Shown here: positions 16,885 to 26,738 of the stretch, in pieces | Position numbering within the stretch: the first letter of the stretch is position 1 | Layout of the letters: each line of letters opens with the position of its first letter | Source of the DNA: Candidatus Poribacteria bacterium | GTDB taxonomy: Bacteria; Poribacteria; WGA-4E; WGA-3G | Assembly (NCBI GenBank): GCA_963663765.2 | Contig: CAXXUA010000013.1 | Span: forward strand, 160,001 to 224,000 | Length of the DNA: 64,000 bases | Direction of reading: 5' to 3' | Program-made: the position numbers and the translations under genes | Notes under the pieces: generated by a model | Seen by the model: only the letters and a program-made list of their open reading frames with translations | Told to the model about the DNA's origin: nothing | Databases searched by the model: none

Positions 16885-19485
16885 ATGACATTTAGTATTA
16901 TGAAACAGACAAATTCTTCAACCAATAAGGCAACTACTAAACTTTCAGAGAAAATACCAAATAACAAAAAGGGAAAAGAAAATCCCTCAAGCAACATAAG
17001 ACCTAATTCAATGGAAGCTGGAATTCTAAAATTGTGGGCATCCAGAAAGGTGTTTAAAATTGCTGAAAAAACGAAGGAATTACCCACTTTTGTTATTAGA
17101 GAGATGCCGATCCCTGTAGATTCGCTAAATGGTAATACTCTTAAGAGTAAAATCTCGCAAGATATCTTTCTAAAGTACGAAATTATTCATGGAAACACAG
17201 TTGCTTATGCCCCAATATGGGAAACATTTCCCTTCAGTATAGAGGTTGATATAATTAAGAAAGATATCCATACATCTTCACGTAACATCGTAAATTTTAG
17301 GAAACAATGTAGACAGTTATACAGTAAACAGTTGAAATCACAAATGAATCGTTTGCAGAAACTTGGAATATTTGCAGATTGGACCACCGCTGAAAAAACA
17401 TTAGAGGCACGCTATGAAACCAAACTCTTTAGTTTTTTTGATAGAATGCGAGACTCAAGATTCCTACGCGATGAACTGAAACTCAGTCATTGGTGTCCAC
17501 AATGTATATCACCTTTAGAAGCTGGTAAAACCGCTAAACCTATAACTACTAATGCACAATTTACTTATGTAAAATTCCCTCTAAATAGCGGATTTGAAGA
17601 ATTCGGTGTAGAAGTCTATTTTGCAATGGGACTGCCATCTTCTCAATTATGGGAAATCGCTGGAACAATTGCAATTGGAATTTATGAAAAAACTCAGTTT
17701 TATCTTATAGAATGGGAAGACCAATATCTTATAATAGCTGAACCACAACTAAAGAATTTTTTTAATCAAGATGTAAAAAAGAAGAAAAAGACAAAAACCA
17801 ACAAAAAACAGCTATTAAAATTTAATGCTTGTCTTTTAAAAGACTGCACGCTTTCACATCCATTATATTCACTACCAGATCTGCACTTTTTTGTTATACC
17901 TGAGGAAATAATTGACAGCATTTCCAACTCCTCTGAAAAACAGGAATTAATGAATGGAATTGTTCATTTGAACCCTGCACATCATGTATTGAGTTATAAC
18001 ATCTGTAATAAATTGTCTGAAATCAGAGAATCCATTCATACAAGATTTGAGTCTTCATCTTCTTTCACACCAATATTTGATGAAGTTGGACGTTTTACTG
18101 AGGAAGCAGACACATTGTGTGGAATAAATTTAAACAATGCAATGCAGTATATCACGGATGAATTGGAAGCACGCGATTGTCTTATTAGAACGAATAAACA
18201 AGAGATTGAACAACTTCAGTGTGAACACTGTGATGGTTTATCTGTCTCTCGACCTTACCGTCACTGGGTTTTTTCAGCCACTTCTACTGATATTGTTGAA
18301 GAGGTTACAACGTCACCAGAATATTGGGAACACTACAACGACAACTTACGCGATGAAATTAAGACACAAGTCCTCAATATCTCTGATATGCAGATTTCTT
18401 CTCAGCGACAGTGGGGTATCCCTTTCCCAATTCTTCGATGTGACAATTGCAACCATCTCATTACAGACAAAAAGATTCTACGAGCTGTGAGAAGTTCCAT
18501 CCGAAGAGGTTCTGAACACTGGTTTAGACTCAGTGTAGAAGAACTACTTCCAACAGATACTCAGTGTGAAAACTGTCACTCAAAAGATTTTAGAAAAGAA
18601 TCAACTTATATTGAGAGTCATTTCGCTAACTTACTACAAACGCTTGACATCTCAGACTTTAAAAAGTCTTCAATAGATACGACAACTAATGTTGTCTTTG
18701 CACCACGATCAGCTTTCTTGAAATGGTTAGGGGAATTAAGTGTATTATCCGCATCATTACAACTCAGTCGTCCATCTAAAGAAAGTCATCCTTTTAAGCA
18801 TCTGAATCTTAATAGTTTTGACGATTGCAACTGGGATCCAGAAATTGAGGATAAATACTTAGAGGAATATCCAGCAGATGTAATCAGACTATTCTCCGTT
18901 TCAACAGATTTATGTCAAGTACCTTCTGAAGTTGACAAAACACAAACACTTCAAGAGATAATTGATCATACTAATAAAAAATATAATAAACTAAGAATTG
19001 TTTTAGATCAGGTTGTTGCATACAAGAACAATCAAAATAAAAAACCTGATTCCAATAACGATTTATTTTTATCAGATCTGTCAAATGAAAATGCTGCAGA
19101 CACCTTAAGTGAGCATGACATTCTTATAATCACAATGACCAATCAACTGCTTCGTGACATACAGGACGTTTACAAAAAAAGAGATTTCTTTATGATGTGG
19201 CGGATGATTTCAGACTTTTGTGAAATAGATCTATTGGTGTATATTGACTTATGCCAAGAAAATGATTCAGATTCTGCGAATATTGTACTTCCAGTGATAT
19301 TCAAAGTCATTCTTCAATACTTAGCGCCAATTTTGCCTTTTTTAGCTGAACAGACATACACAAAGGGTTATTCTGCATCAAACAGTATTTTTGAAGAAAA
19401 ACTGGAGTGTCTACCACAAATCTTTGCTGATGAAAAGTCAATAGAAGTGTGGGATCTGTTTAGGAACAAGAAAAGTTCAAAGTAA
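16885..19485 (+). CDS. Degenerate isoleucyl-tRNA synthetase-like protein lacking catalytic motifs
   Basis: IleRS landmarks kept in order (KLGIFADW, WCPQC, YVKFPL, VHLNPAH, ISSQRQWGIPFP, YPADVIRL, LAPILPFLAE); no HIGH or KMSKS; lies between yggT and lspA. Confidence 0.85.
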   Translation: MTFSIMKQTNSSTNKATTKLSEKIPNNKKGKENPSSNIRPNSMEAGILKLWASRKVFKIAEKTKELPTFVIREMPIPVDSLNGNTLKSKISQDIFLKYEIIHGNTVAYAPIWETFPFSIEVDIIKKDIHTSSRNIVNFRKQCRQLYSKQLKSQMNRLQKLGIFADWTTAEKTLEARYETKLFSFFDRMRDSRFLRDELKLSHWCPQCISPLEAGKTAKPITTNAQFTYVKFPLNSGFEEFGVEVYFAMGLPSSQLWEIAGTIAIGIYEKTQFYLIEWEDQYLIIAEPQLKNFFNQDVKKKKKTKTNKKQLLKFNACLLKDCTLSHPLYSLPDLHFFVIPEEIIDSISNSSEKQELMNGIVHLNPAHHVLSYNICNKLSEIRESIHTRFESSSSFTPIFDEVGRFTEEADTLCGINLNNAMQYITDELEARDCLIRTNKQEIEQLQCEHCDGLSVSRPYRHWVFSATSTDIVEEVTTSPEYWEHYNDNLRDEIKTQVLNISDMQISSQRQWGIPFPILRCDNCNHLITDKKILRAVRSSIRRGSEHWFRLSVEELLPTDTQCENCHSKDFRKESTYIESHFANLLQTLDISDFKKSSIDTTTNVVFAPRSAFLKWLGELSVLSASLQLSRPSKESHPFKHLNLNSFDDCNWDPEIEDKYLEEYPADVIRLFSVSTDLCQVPSEVDKTQTLQEIIDHTNKKYNKLRIVLDQVVAYKNNQNKKPDSNNDLFLSDLSNENAADTLSEHDILIITMTNQLLRDIQDVYKKRDFFMMWRMISDFCEIDLLVYIDLCQENDSDSANIVLPVIFKVILQYLAPILPFLAEQTYTKGYSASNSIFEEKLECLPQIFADEKSIEVWDLFRNKKSSK

Positions 19486-19510
19486 CAACTTAAACGGTAT
19501 TAATAAGTAA

Positions 19511-20005
19511 GTGACAAACCTAACACAGTACTTTAAAAAGGCTATACCGCTGTTCGTTGTAGCAGTACCAATGTTGACGCTGGATATCCTAACTAAATGG
19601 ATTGTACGCGAGAACATACAATTGGATGACAGCATATCAGTCATCAACGGTTTTTTTTATCTCAGTCATCATAGAAACTCTGGTGCAGCATTTGGTATTC
19701 TGGCAAATCAACGGACTTTGCTTGTATTAGTAACTATCGCTGCACTTATCTTTATTTTTTTGTATTCAAATCGTTATAGAAACAGTAAATGGGTACAGAC
19801 GGCACTCGGTTTTGTTCTTGGAGGTGCAGTAGGTAACTTTCTTGACAGACTATTTTTGGGAGAAGTTGTTGACTTTCTTCAGTTTGGCATTGAAAGTAAG
19901 AATCTGTTTTGGCCCACTTTTAATGTAGCCGATGTCAGTGTTTGCATAGGGGCAGGCATGCTTATCGTTTACCTTTTCCGTCAGCAAAATCAGGGAACAA
20001 ATTGA
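19511..20005 (+). CDS. lspA: Lipoprotein signal peptidase II
   Basis: NSGAAFG, GAVGNFLDR, VVDF, FNVAD. Confidence 0.97.
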   Translation: MTNLTQYFKKAIPLFVVAVPMLTLDILTKWIVRENIQLDDSISVINGFFYLSHHRNSGAAFGILANQRTLLVLVTIAALIFIFLYSNRYRNSKWVQTALGFVLGGAVGNFLDRLFLGEVVDFLQFGIESKNLFWPTFNVADVSVCIGAGMLIVYLFRQQNQGTN

Positions 20006-20091
20006 TACAACACTACACACAGCTATTGTAATTCATAAAAGTTTCTAAACTAAATTCAAATATCAAGAAAACTATGGTCAAGGTAGAATAG

Positions 20092-20649
20092 ATGTTATTA
20101 CTTAGAAATTACCTTTGTATTCTGGCAGTTTTTGCTACGATTATAATCACACCTACGATACATGCGCAAGTCAGTCAAGACGATGCGGAAGAATATCATG
20201 AAAGTGCATTGCGACGGTTTGAAATTGTTACATTAAGTTCACTTCCATTTACTGCAATACATAGTTATTTAGGTGTTCGTGGTGTGAGAATGATTCAAGA
20301 CAGCAAAATAGCACCGGTTTTGACCCCGCAAAATTATCGTGTAATGGGTATTTGTGCCGTATCGTTGTCACTATTTATCGGAATTTGGGACTGGTACCAT
20401 ACGCGTGATGTTGACAGGTCAGCACCAAGTATACCGGGGTACAAACCCCCAACACCTCCTTCAGAGGAAGAGTTACCACCGGATGGGACAATCACACAGG
20501 TTACTCCTTATGGACCACATGCAAATGTCCATACCACATCAATGGAATATAGATATTACCCATATTCTACAGAAAACTCACAACTAAATGGGTGGGTAGC
20601 CGAACAAAGTGAAAGTGTTTACATCCCTATTTTACAGATAAGGTTTTGA
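20092..20649 (+). CDS. Hypothetical secreted/membrane protein
   Basis: Signal peptide (IHA|Q), internal TM, Pro-rich linker. Confidence 0.7.
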   Translation: MLLLRNYLCILAVFATIIITPTIHAQVSQDDAEEYHESALRRFEIVTLSSLPFTAIHSYLGVRGVRMIQDSKIAPVLTPQNYRVMGICAVSLSLFIGIWDWYHTRDVDRSAPSIPGYKPPTPPSEEELPPDGTITQVTPYGPHANVHTTSMEYRYYPYSTENSQLNGWVAEQSESVYIPILQIRF

Positions 20650-20660
20650 CCTAATGAACT

Positions 20661-20689
20661 TTGACATTCAAACGGGGTAATGTTATAAT
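20661..20689 (+). promoter_or_regulatory. Consensus promoter inside the IS630 left end
   Basis: TTGACA-17 nt-TATAAT with extended TG. Confidence 0.8.
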
Positions 20690-20718
20690 GATATAATTCT
20701 AAATATAAGGAGTATATC

Positions 20719-21846
20719 ATGGCAAAACGCAGAGAACTTATTCTTTCAGAAGAAGAAAGACAGAAATTGATTAAATACAGAGATCATCACCCCCGGCCTG
20801 ATGTCAGAGAAAAAGCTGCAGCGTTGTTGAAAGTAAACGATGGTATTCCTGCACACCGGGTTTCAAAAAGTGGGTTACTCAAACGCCGCAAGCCTGATAC
20901 TGTCTACAGATGGTTGAATATTTATGAAGAAGAAGGTTTTGATGAACTCATACAGCGACAACATGGTGGAGCAAGACAACGATTTTCAAAAAAAAAAGAA
21001 GAAGAACTATTAGAACGTGTGCGCCAAGTCCCTGCTGAAGTTATGGATAATGCGAAAGTTGTTTCTACTGATGTGCCTCCCCCAAATCGTTGGACGCTTC
21101 GGACACTACGTGCGAGTCTTGATTGGTTAGAAGGATACAGCCTGAGCGGTGTTCATAGAGTGCTGTCTCGTTGTGGTTTGCGTCTTCGCTCAGGTCGCGT
21201 GCAGCAGTATAGTCCGGATCCTGAGTATAAGGAGAAAGTGTTGCATTTGTGTTCCTGCTTACAGCAGACCATTGGCAATCGTGGTCAACAAGAGTTGGTA
21301 TTTCTGGATGAGATGGGATATACTCGTTGGCCTGAAGCGGGGCGTGTTTGGACACAAGCACCGCCGGAAAGTATTCCTGTGGCAAGTTGTGATGGAAATA
21401 ACCAGCAATGGCGAATTATTGGTGCACTGAATGCGTTGACAGGGCAGGTCTGTTATCTTGATAACTACATTGTAGGACGTGCGAAAGTGATTGAAATGTA
21501 TCAGAAGTTGACACAAGTATATCCACAAGCAGAAATACTTTATGTTGTTCAAGATAACTGGTCTATTCATAAACATCCAGATGTGCTTGATGCGTTATCA
21601 GAGTTACCACAGATCAAGCCTGTTTGGCTACCGACCTATGCACCGTGGTTGAACCCGATTGAGAAGTTGTGGAGATGGCTGCGTGTAGACGTGTTTAAGA
21701 TGCATCGCTTTGCGAGCCAGTGGGAGGAGTTCAGGGCCCGGGTGAACGGATTTCTCGATCAATTTGCAGACGGTTCGGAGGACTTACTCCGTTATATAGG
21801 ACTGAAAGGCAATGGTCTAATAGCAAACGCTTGTAGACCTGTTTAA
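20719..21846 (+). CDS. IS630 transposase, single ORF
   Basis: HTH; FLDEMG, VVQDNWSIH, LPTYAPWLNPIEKLW. Confidence 0.95.
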   Translation: MAKRRELILSEEERQKLIKYRDHHPRPDVREKAAALLKVNDGIPAHRVSKSGLLKRRKPDTVYRWLNIYEEEGFDELIQRQHGGARQRFSKKKEEELLERVRQVPAEVMDNAKVVSTDVPPPNRWTLRTLRASLDWLEGYSLSGVHRVLSRCGLRLRSGRVQQYSPDPEYKEKVLHLCSCLQQTIGNRGQQELVFLDEMGYTRWPEAGRVWTQAPPESIPVASCDGNNQQWRIIGALNALTGQVCYLDNYIVGRAKVIEMYQKLTQVYPQAEILYVVQDNWSIHKHPDVLDALSELPQIKPVWLPTYAPWLNPIEKLWRWLRVDVFKMHRFASQWEEFRARVNGFLDQFADGSEDLLRYIGLKGNGLIANACRPV

Positions 21847-21924
21847 ATATTACCCAACTTGAACGTCAAAGTTCATTAGAATACTCTCACTTAATGCAGA
21901 AAACACTAAAGGTAACCTATAAAT

Positions 21925-22887
21925 ATGCGCGTAATCTATATGGGTACAAGTGAATTCGCTATTCCTGCTCTAAAAGAACTCATCGCTCATAGTTTTGACA
22001 TCATTGGAGTGATAACACAACCTGACCGACCCAGTGGGAGAGGGAAGAAATTAACACCTTCTCCAGTGAAAATCGTTGCAGAAGAAAATAAACTATCAGT
22101 TTTTCAACCTGAGAAGGTTAGAAAATCGGAGTTTGTAAAAGTTATTAAACAGTTGGAACCTGATGTCATTATTGTAGCAGCTTTTGGTCAACTCTTACCA
22201 CAGGCAGTGTTAGACATACCCCCATGTGGTGTTATAAATTTGCATCCTTCACTGTTACCGAAATATAGAGGCGCAGCACCAATTCAATGGGCAATCATCA
22301 ATGGAGAAAAGGAAACAGGTATAACGCTGATGTTATTAGATGCTGGAGAAGATACTGGTGATATCATAAGCGCAGAACAAATCCAAATCGGACTTGAGGA
22401 TACAGCAGAAGACCTCCATCACAAATTGGCTAATATTGGAGGTAAATTACTCATTGACATCTTGCATAATATGCCTAAATGGCAACCACCAAAGGCAAAG
22501 AAGCAGAAGCACGCTGAAGCAACACATGCACCACGATTAACAAAAGAAATTGGAAGAATTGATTGGAACGAATCTGCGATGAATATTCATAATCTTGTTA
22601 GAGGTACTGCTGGATGGCCAGGAGCATACACATATTTTCGTGAGGATACACTTGTCAAAATTATACAGACTTTTCCATTTCAAGACTCTCATATAAAAAA
22701 AGAAAACATAAGACAAGAACAACCGGGGACAATTAGAATCACAAACGAAGGAAACCTAAATGTTGTAACCAACAACGGAGAAATTCAGTTAATTCATGTT
22801 CAACCAGCAACAAAAAAAGTCATGTCAGTAAAAGACTTCGTTAATGGTTATAAAATCAAAACAGGAGAAGCTTTTGCAGACATGTGA
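21925..22887 (+). CDS. fmt: Methionyl-tRNA formyltransferase
   Basis: TQPDRPSGRG, NLHPSLLPKYRGAAPIQWAI, DTGD. Confidence 0.97.
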   Translation: MRVIYMGTSEFAIPALKELIAHSFDIIGVITQPDRPSGRGKKLTPSPVKIVAEENKLSVFQPEKVRKSEFVKVIKQLEPDVIIVAAFGQLLPQAVLDIPPCGVINLHPSLLPKYRGAAPIQWAIINGEKETGITLMLLDAGEDTGDIISAEQIQIGLEDTAEDLHHKLANIGGKLLIDILHNMPKWQPPKAKKQKHAEATHAPRLTKEIGRIDWNESAMNIHNLVRGTAGWPGAYTYFREDTLVKIIQTFPFQDSHIKKENIRQEQPGTIRITNEGNLNVVTNNGEIQLIHVQPATKKVMSVKDFVNGYKIKTGEAFADM

Positions 22888-22920
22888 AATTCTGTGAATG
22901 CTTCTTTTTGGGTATCAGAT

Positions 22921-23892
22921 ATGGGGATGAATAAACTAAATAAAACTCTATGGGGTATGGTTAAGGTCGCTACCTATATTCTAATAGTTATGGGGATAGT
23001 GGGTTCCTTGACACTTTTTATTGTAATACCACAGTTGGTTAAGTCAACAGAAGTGTTGGTCCCAAACATTATCGGAAAAACTTTTTTCCAAGCAGTTCAT
23101 GCGCTTAACACTGCTGGATTAAGTGTGGAGAAAATGATACAAGAGGCAAGCAGCTCAAAACCAAAAGGTAGTGTTGTAGAACAAGATCCACCTGCAAACT
23201 TTAGTATCAAACTAGATCACAAAGTAAGAATTACTGTGAGTGTTGGTGCAAAGTTAACTACTATCCCATCAGTCATCGGAAAATCAGAGGATGCAGCACA
23301 CGAAACCCTAAAAAATGCAGGTTTCTTACCAACATCTGTAGCACATGTCCATTCAGATAATTACTTACCAGATACAGTCATAGCACAGAATCCCGCCGAA
23401 GGTCAGCTTGTTGAACGTGATGCAAAAGTAAATTTATTGGTAAGTCTTGGTAGAAAACCTAAATATATACAATTACCGGATTTACAGAATCAACCAATTA
23501 ATGCGGTATTACCCGTACTAGAAGCAATCGGTTTGAATGTTGAAATTAAAATCGGTCCTCATCCCATAGTACAATCAGGAAACATTATTACTCATGAAAA
23601 GCTTGTAAAAACAGGTGATGTGATTACTCTTGAAATCAGTGGTAAAAGTGATCAATCTGACAAAGTTGGTCGATTGTTAACCCACAAACACACTGTTAGT
23701 GACAAAGGTACACGTTCCCTAGATGTGAAGATCGTTGTTGTAGATGACTATGGTAACCGTAAAGTCTTGGAAGGATCTTACTCCCCTGGGACTGTAATTG
23801 ATTTAGCAAATCGAAGAGTTAAAGTTTTTGGTTCAACTATCGTTATTGTTTTTGAAAATAACAAAAAAATATTTGAGCGACATTATCAATAG
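22921..23892 (+). CDS. Stand-alone PASTA-domain membrane protein
   Basis: N-terminal TM plus three PASTA repeats (VPNIIGK, IPSVIGK, LPDLQNQ); no kinase domain. Confidence 0.88.
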   Translation: MGMNKLNKTLWGMVKVATYILIVMGIVGSLTLFIVIPQLVKSTEVLVPNIIGKTFFQAVHALNTAGLSVEKMIQEASSSKPKGSVVEQDPPANFSIKLDHKVRITVSVGAKLTTIPSVIGKSEDAAHETLKNAGFLPTSVAHVHSDNYLPDTVIAQNPAEGQLVERDAKVNLLVSLGRKPKYIQLPDLQNQPINAVLPVLEAIGLNVEIKIGPHPIVQSGNIITHEKLVKTGDVITLEISGKSDQSDKVGRLLTHKHTVSDKGTRSLDVKIVVVDDYGNRKVLEGSYSPGTVIDLANRRVKVFGSTIVIVFENNKKIFERHYQ

Positions 23893-23937
23893 TATAGTTT
23901 AATTTGAATAAGTTTAGCAAATCATAAAATAAAATGG

Positions 23938-24615
23938 ATGAAAAATTTATACAAGAATAGTCCAAAAATTGCACCGTCTTTATTGGCTGCAGACTTCAGC
24001 CAAATAGGTGATGAGATTCAGCGCGTTGTTGACGCAGGTGCTGACCTATTACATTTTGATGTTATGGATGGAGAATTTGTTCCAAACTTTGGAATTAGTC
24101 CACTCATGATAGCATCAGTTCGCAACATAACAGATGTACCTTTTGATGTACATATTATGGTTAAACATCCACTCCGATATATCAATGCTTTAGTTGATGC
24201 TGGTTCAGACATGATTACCTTTCACGTTGAGAGTAATGACAATACGGAAGCAGTAATTGCATCAATCACAGCTAACAATATCGGTGTTGGTTTAGCTTTT
24301 TCTCCTAAAACATTGACTCACGAAGTTATCCCTTTTATTTCAGAATTAGATCTTGTTTTACCCATGAGTGTTGAACCCGGTTTAGGCGGACAAACTTTTA
24401 TATCAGATACCTATAGCAAAATTAGTGAAATTAGACTGGCAATAGAGAATATTGAAAATACGCCAGAAATATCTGTTGATGGAGGCGTAACAACTGACAT
24501 CGCTCCCCATGCTATCCAATCTGGTGCGTCAATTCTCGTCGCTGGAACAGCTATTTTCCGCAGCGAAAATCCAAAGAAAGTTATCAACCAATTACGGACA
24601 ATAGAATCAAGTTGA
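23938..24615 (+). CDS. rpe: Ribulose-phosphate 3-epimerase
   Basis: IAPSLLAADF, HFDVMDG, MSVEPG, VDGG, LVAGTAIF. Confidence 0.97.
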   Translation: MKNLYKNSPKIAPSLLAADFSQIGDEIQRVVDAGADLLHFDVMDGEFVPNFGISPLMIASVRNITDVPFDVHIMVKHPLRYINALVDAGSDMITFHVESNDNTEAVIASITANNIGVGLAFSPKTLTHEVIPFISELDLVLPMSVEPGLGGQTFISDTYSKISEIRLAIENIENTPEISVDGGVTTDIAPHAIQSGASILVAGTAIFRSENPKKVINQLRTIESS

Positions 24616-24635
24616 TTCACAGACATTGATATGTA

Positions 24636-25355
24636 ATGCATACGTTTTATGTTCCACAATCCCATATCAACAACAACGAAGCTACTATTTCAGGTCTAGA
24701 ACATCACCATTTACGAAATGTACTGCGATTAAGACTTAATGAAAAAATCAGAATTATTGACGGCAAAGGTAGTGTTTATATTTCAAAAGTGATTCGGACA
24801 AAGACAGAATCTTCGTATGCAAAAGTTCTCAATCACAAATTTCATGAGAGAAAAACACCTCTTATTACCCTCTTTCAAGGGATACCAAAGAATGATAAAA
24901 TGACGCTTATACTGCAAAAAACTACCGAACTTGGTGTGAGAAAGATTGTACCGATAACAACTGAACGGTCATTACAAGAACCGAGTATAAACCGATTTGA
25001 ACGATGGCAACGGGTAGTGATTTCCGCTACAAAACAATGTAAACGTGTCTGGTTACCTAAATTATGTGATATAAAGTCCTTTGAAGACTGTCTAAACAAT
25101 TTTCAATCCTATTCACTGAGTTTACTTTTATGGGAAAACGAAAAAGAGCAACATATAAAATCAGTCATACAACGGACTTCAAATGTAGAATCAATAGCAA
25201 TATTAGTTGGACCAGAAGGCGGTTTTACTGATAAAGAAGTAACAGATGCAATTGAGAGTGGATGTATTCCTGTTTCACTTGGTTCAAATATCCTGAGAAC
25301 AGAAACCGCAGTGATCGCAACCATTATCATCGTTGCTTATGAATACCAAATATAA
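24636..25355 (+). CDS. rsmE: 16S rRNA m3U1498 methyltransferase
   Basis: HHLRNVLRL, QKTTELGV, GPEGGF, LGSNILRTETA. Confidence 0.96.
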   Translation: MHTFYVPQSHINNNEATISGLEHHHLRNVLRLRLNEKIRIIDGKGSVYISKVIRTKTESSYAKVLNHKFHERKTPLITLFQGIPKNDKMTLILQKTTELGVRKIVPITTERSLQEPSINRFERWQRVVISATKQCKRVWLPKLCDIKSFEDCLNNFQSYSLSLLLWENEKEQHIKSVIQRTSNVESIAILVGPEGGFTDKEVTDAIESGCIPVSLGSNILRTETAVIATIIIVAYEYQI

Positions 25356-25367
25356 CTTGTATAAAAC

Positions 25368-26681
25368 ATGAAAACTGTAAAACTCATTACGATGGGATGT
25401 AAAGTCAATCAATACGACACACAATCTATGCGAGAAACTCTTCTCAGCAATGGATACACGGTTGTTGATGAAACTCAACCTGCAGATTTATATCTCATTA
25501 ACACATGCACAGTTACAAATGCTGCTGACCAAAAGGCAAGACAGACAATCCGAAAGGCGATTCGTCAAAATCCGAATGCAGATGTATTTGTTACAGGTTG
25601 TTACGCTGAAAGTGATAGGACAGCAATTGAGCAAATACCAGGTGTGACGTTTGTCTTTGGTAACCGTGAGAAAGCTGACATTCAAATTTATCTTGACAAG
25701 CTGCGTGCAAAATCACTTCTTCAGATAGAACCTATCCAACATGATGCGATTCGTGAGCATGCCCGTTTTAGTAGCGGTGTAAGCAATGCTGGTAAACGCA
25801 CACGCGCCCTCATCAAAGTTCAAGATGGTTGCAGTGCTTTCTGTACATATTGTATCATCCCTTATGTGCGAGGTAGGATGACAAGTCGTCCACTTACTGA
25901 AATTGAGGAAGAAGCACATCGTATTGCAGACAGTGGGATAAAGGAAATCGTGATAACAGGTGTGCATCTTGGTGCTTACGGACAAGACACAGATAGAGAC
26001 AAGAATATTGCCGACATAATAGAACACATACATGATATTGATGGAATTGAGCGGATTCGCTTTAGTTCAATTGAACCAATGTATTTCCCAGATATTCTCG
26101 TTGAACGTATGTCTGCTCTTCCAAAGTGCATGCCACATTTTCACCTTCCAATTCAATCAGGATCCGACAAAGTTTTACGCAGCATGCGAAGACGTTACAC
26201 AACAAAGCAGTTTACCCAACTTGTTGCTAAGCTGCGAAGTCAATTTAATGACGATATCGGTATTACAACCGATATGATGGTTGGCTTCCCTGGAGAAACT
26301 AATTCCGATTTTCAAGATTCCCTTCAGTTCGTAGAGAAGATTGGTTTCAGTCAACTCCATGTCTTCCGCTATTCTCCCAGAAAAGGCACACCTGCAGCAA
26401 CCTATCCTGATCAAATACCTCCTCCTATTTCATCAGCACGTAGTAGTGAAATGATACAATTGGGTAACGACCTAAGTACTACATTTCGTCAACGGATGCT
26501 TGGAAAATCTAAGCACATATTAATTGAGGATAGTAGGGATGGTGAAAATCAACTACTTGCTGGCTTCACTGAGAATTATTTACGAGTGCTTGTTGACGTT
26601 CCTGAATCGAAGATTAATCATATTCTAAAGATAAAGTTAACTAACATGGACAGTCAATATTTCTATGGCGAGTGTGCGTAA
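25368..26681 (+). CDS. mtaB: tRNA ms2t6A37 methylthiotransferase
   Basis: GCKVNQYD, INTCTVT, QDGCSAFCTYCIIP, HVFRYSPRKGT. Confidence 0.95.
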   Translation: MKTVKLITMGCKVNQYDTQSMRETLLSNGYTVVDETQPADLYLINTCTVTNAADQKARQTIRKAIRQNPNADVFVTGCYAESDRTAIEQIPGVTFVFGNREKADIQIYLDKLRAKSLLQIEPIQHDAIREHARFSSGVSNAGKRTRALIKVQDGCSAFCTYCIIPYVRGRMTSRPLTEIEEEAHRIADSGIKEIVITGVHLGAYGQDTDRDKNIADIIEHIHDIDGIERIRFSSIEPMYFPDILVERMSALPKCMPHFHLPIQSGSDKVLRSMRRRYTTKQFTQLVAKLRSQFNDDIGITTDMMVGFPGETNSDFQDSLQFVEKIGFSQLHVFRYSPRKGTPAATYPDQIPPPISSARSSEMIQLGNDLSTTFRQRMLGKSKHILIEDSRDGENQLLAGFTENYLRVLVDVPESKINHILKIKLTNMDSQYFYGECA

Positions 26682-26738
26682 GACCTATAAACCCTTTCTC
26701 TGAAAGCAATTTTCACTAAATAACTTGGAGGATACAGT

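Larger units (their letters stand above)
20654..21876 (+). mobile_element. IS630-family element, apparently intact
   Basis: TIR ATGAACTTTGACATTCAA / TTGAACGTCAAAGTTCAT (one mismatch); TA duplication in a CTAG target. Confidence 0.95.

Noticed and set aside
26675-26687. TGCGTAAGACCTA at the mtaB stop resembles the IS701 right TIR
   Set aside because: 11/13 match, no partner end, and it is coding sequence; probably chance
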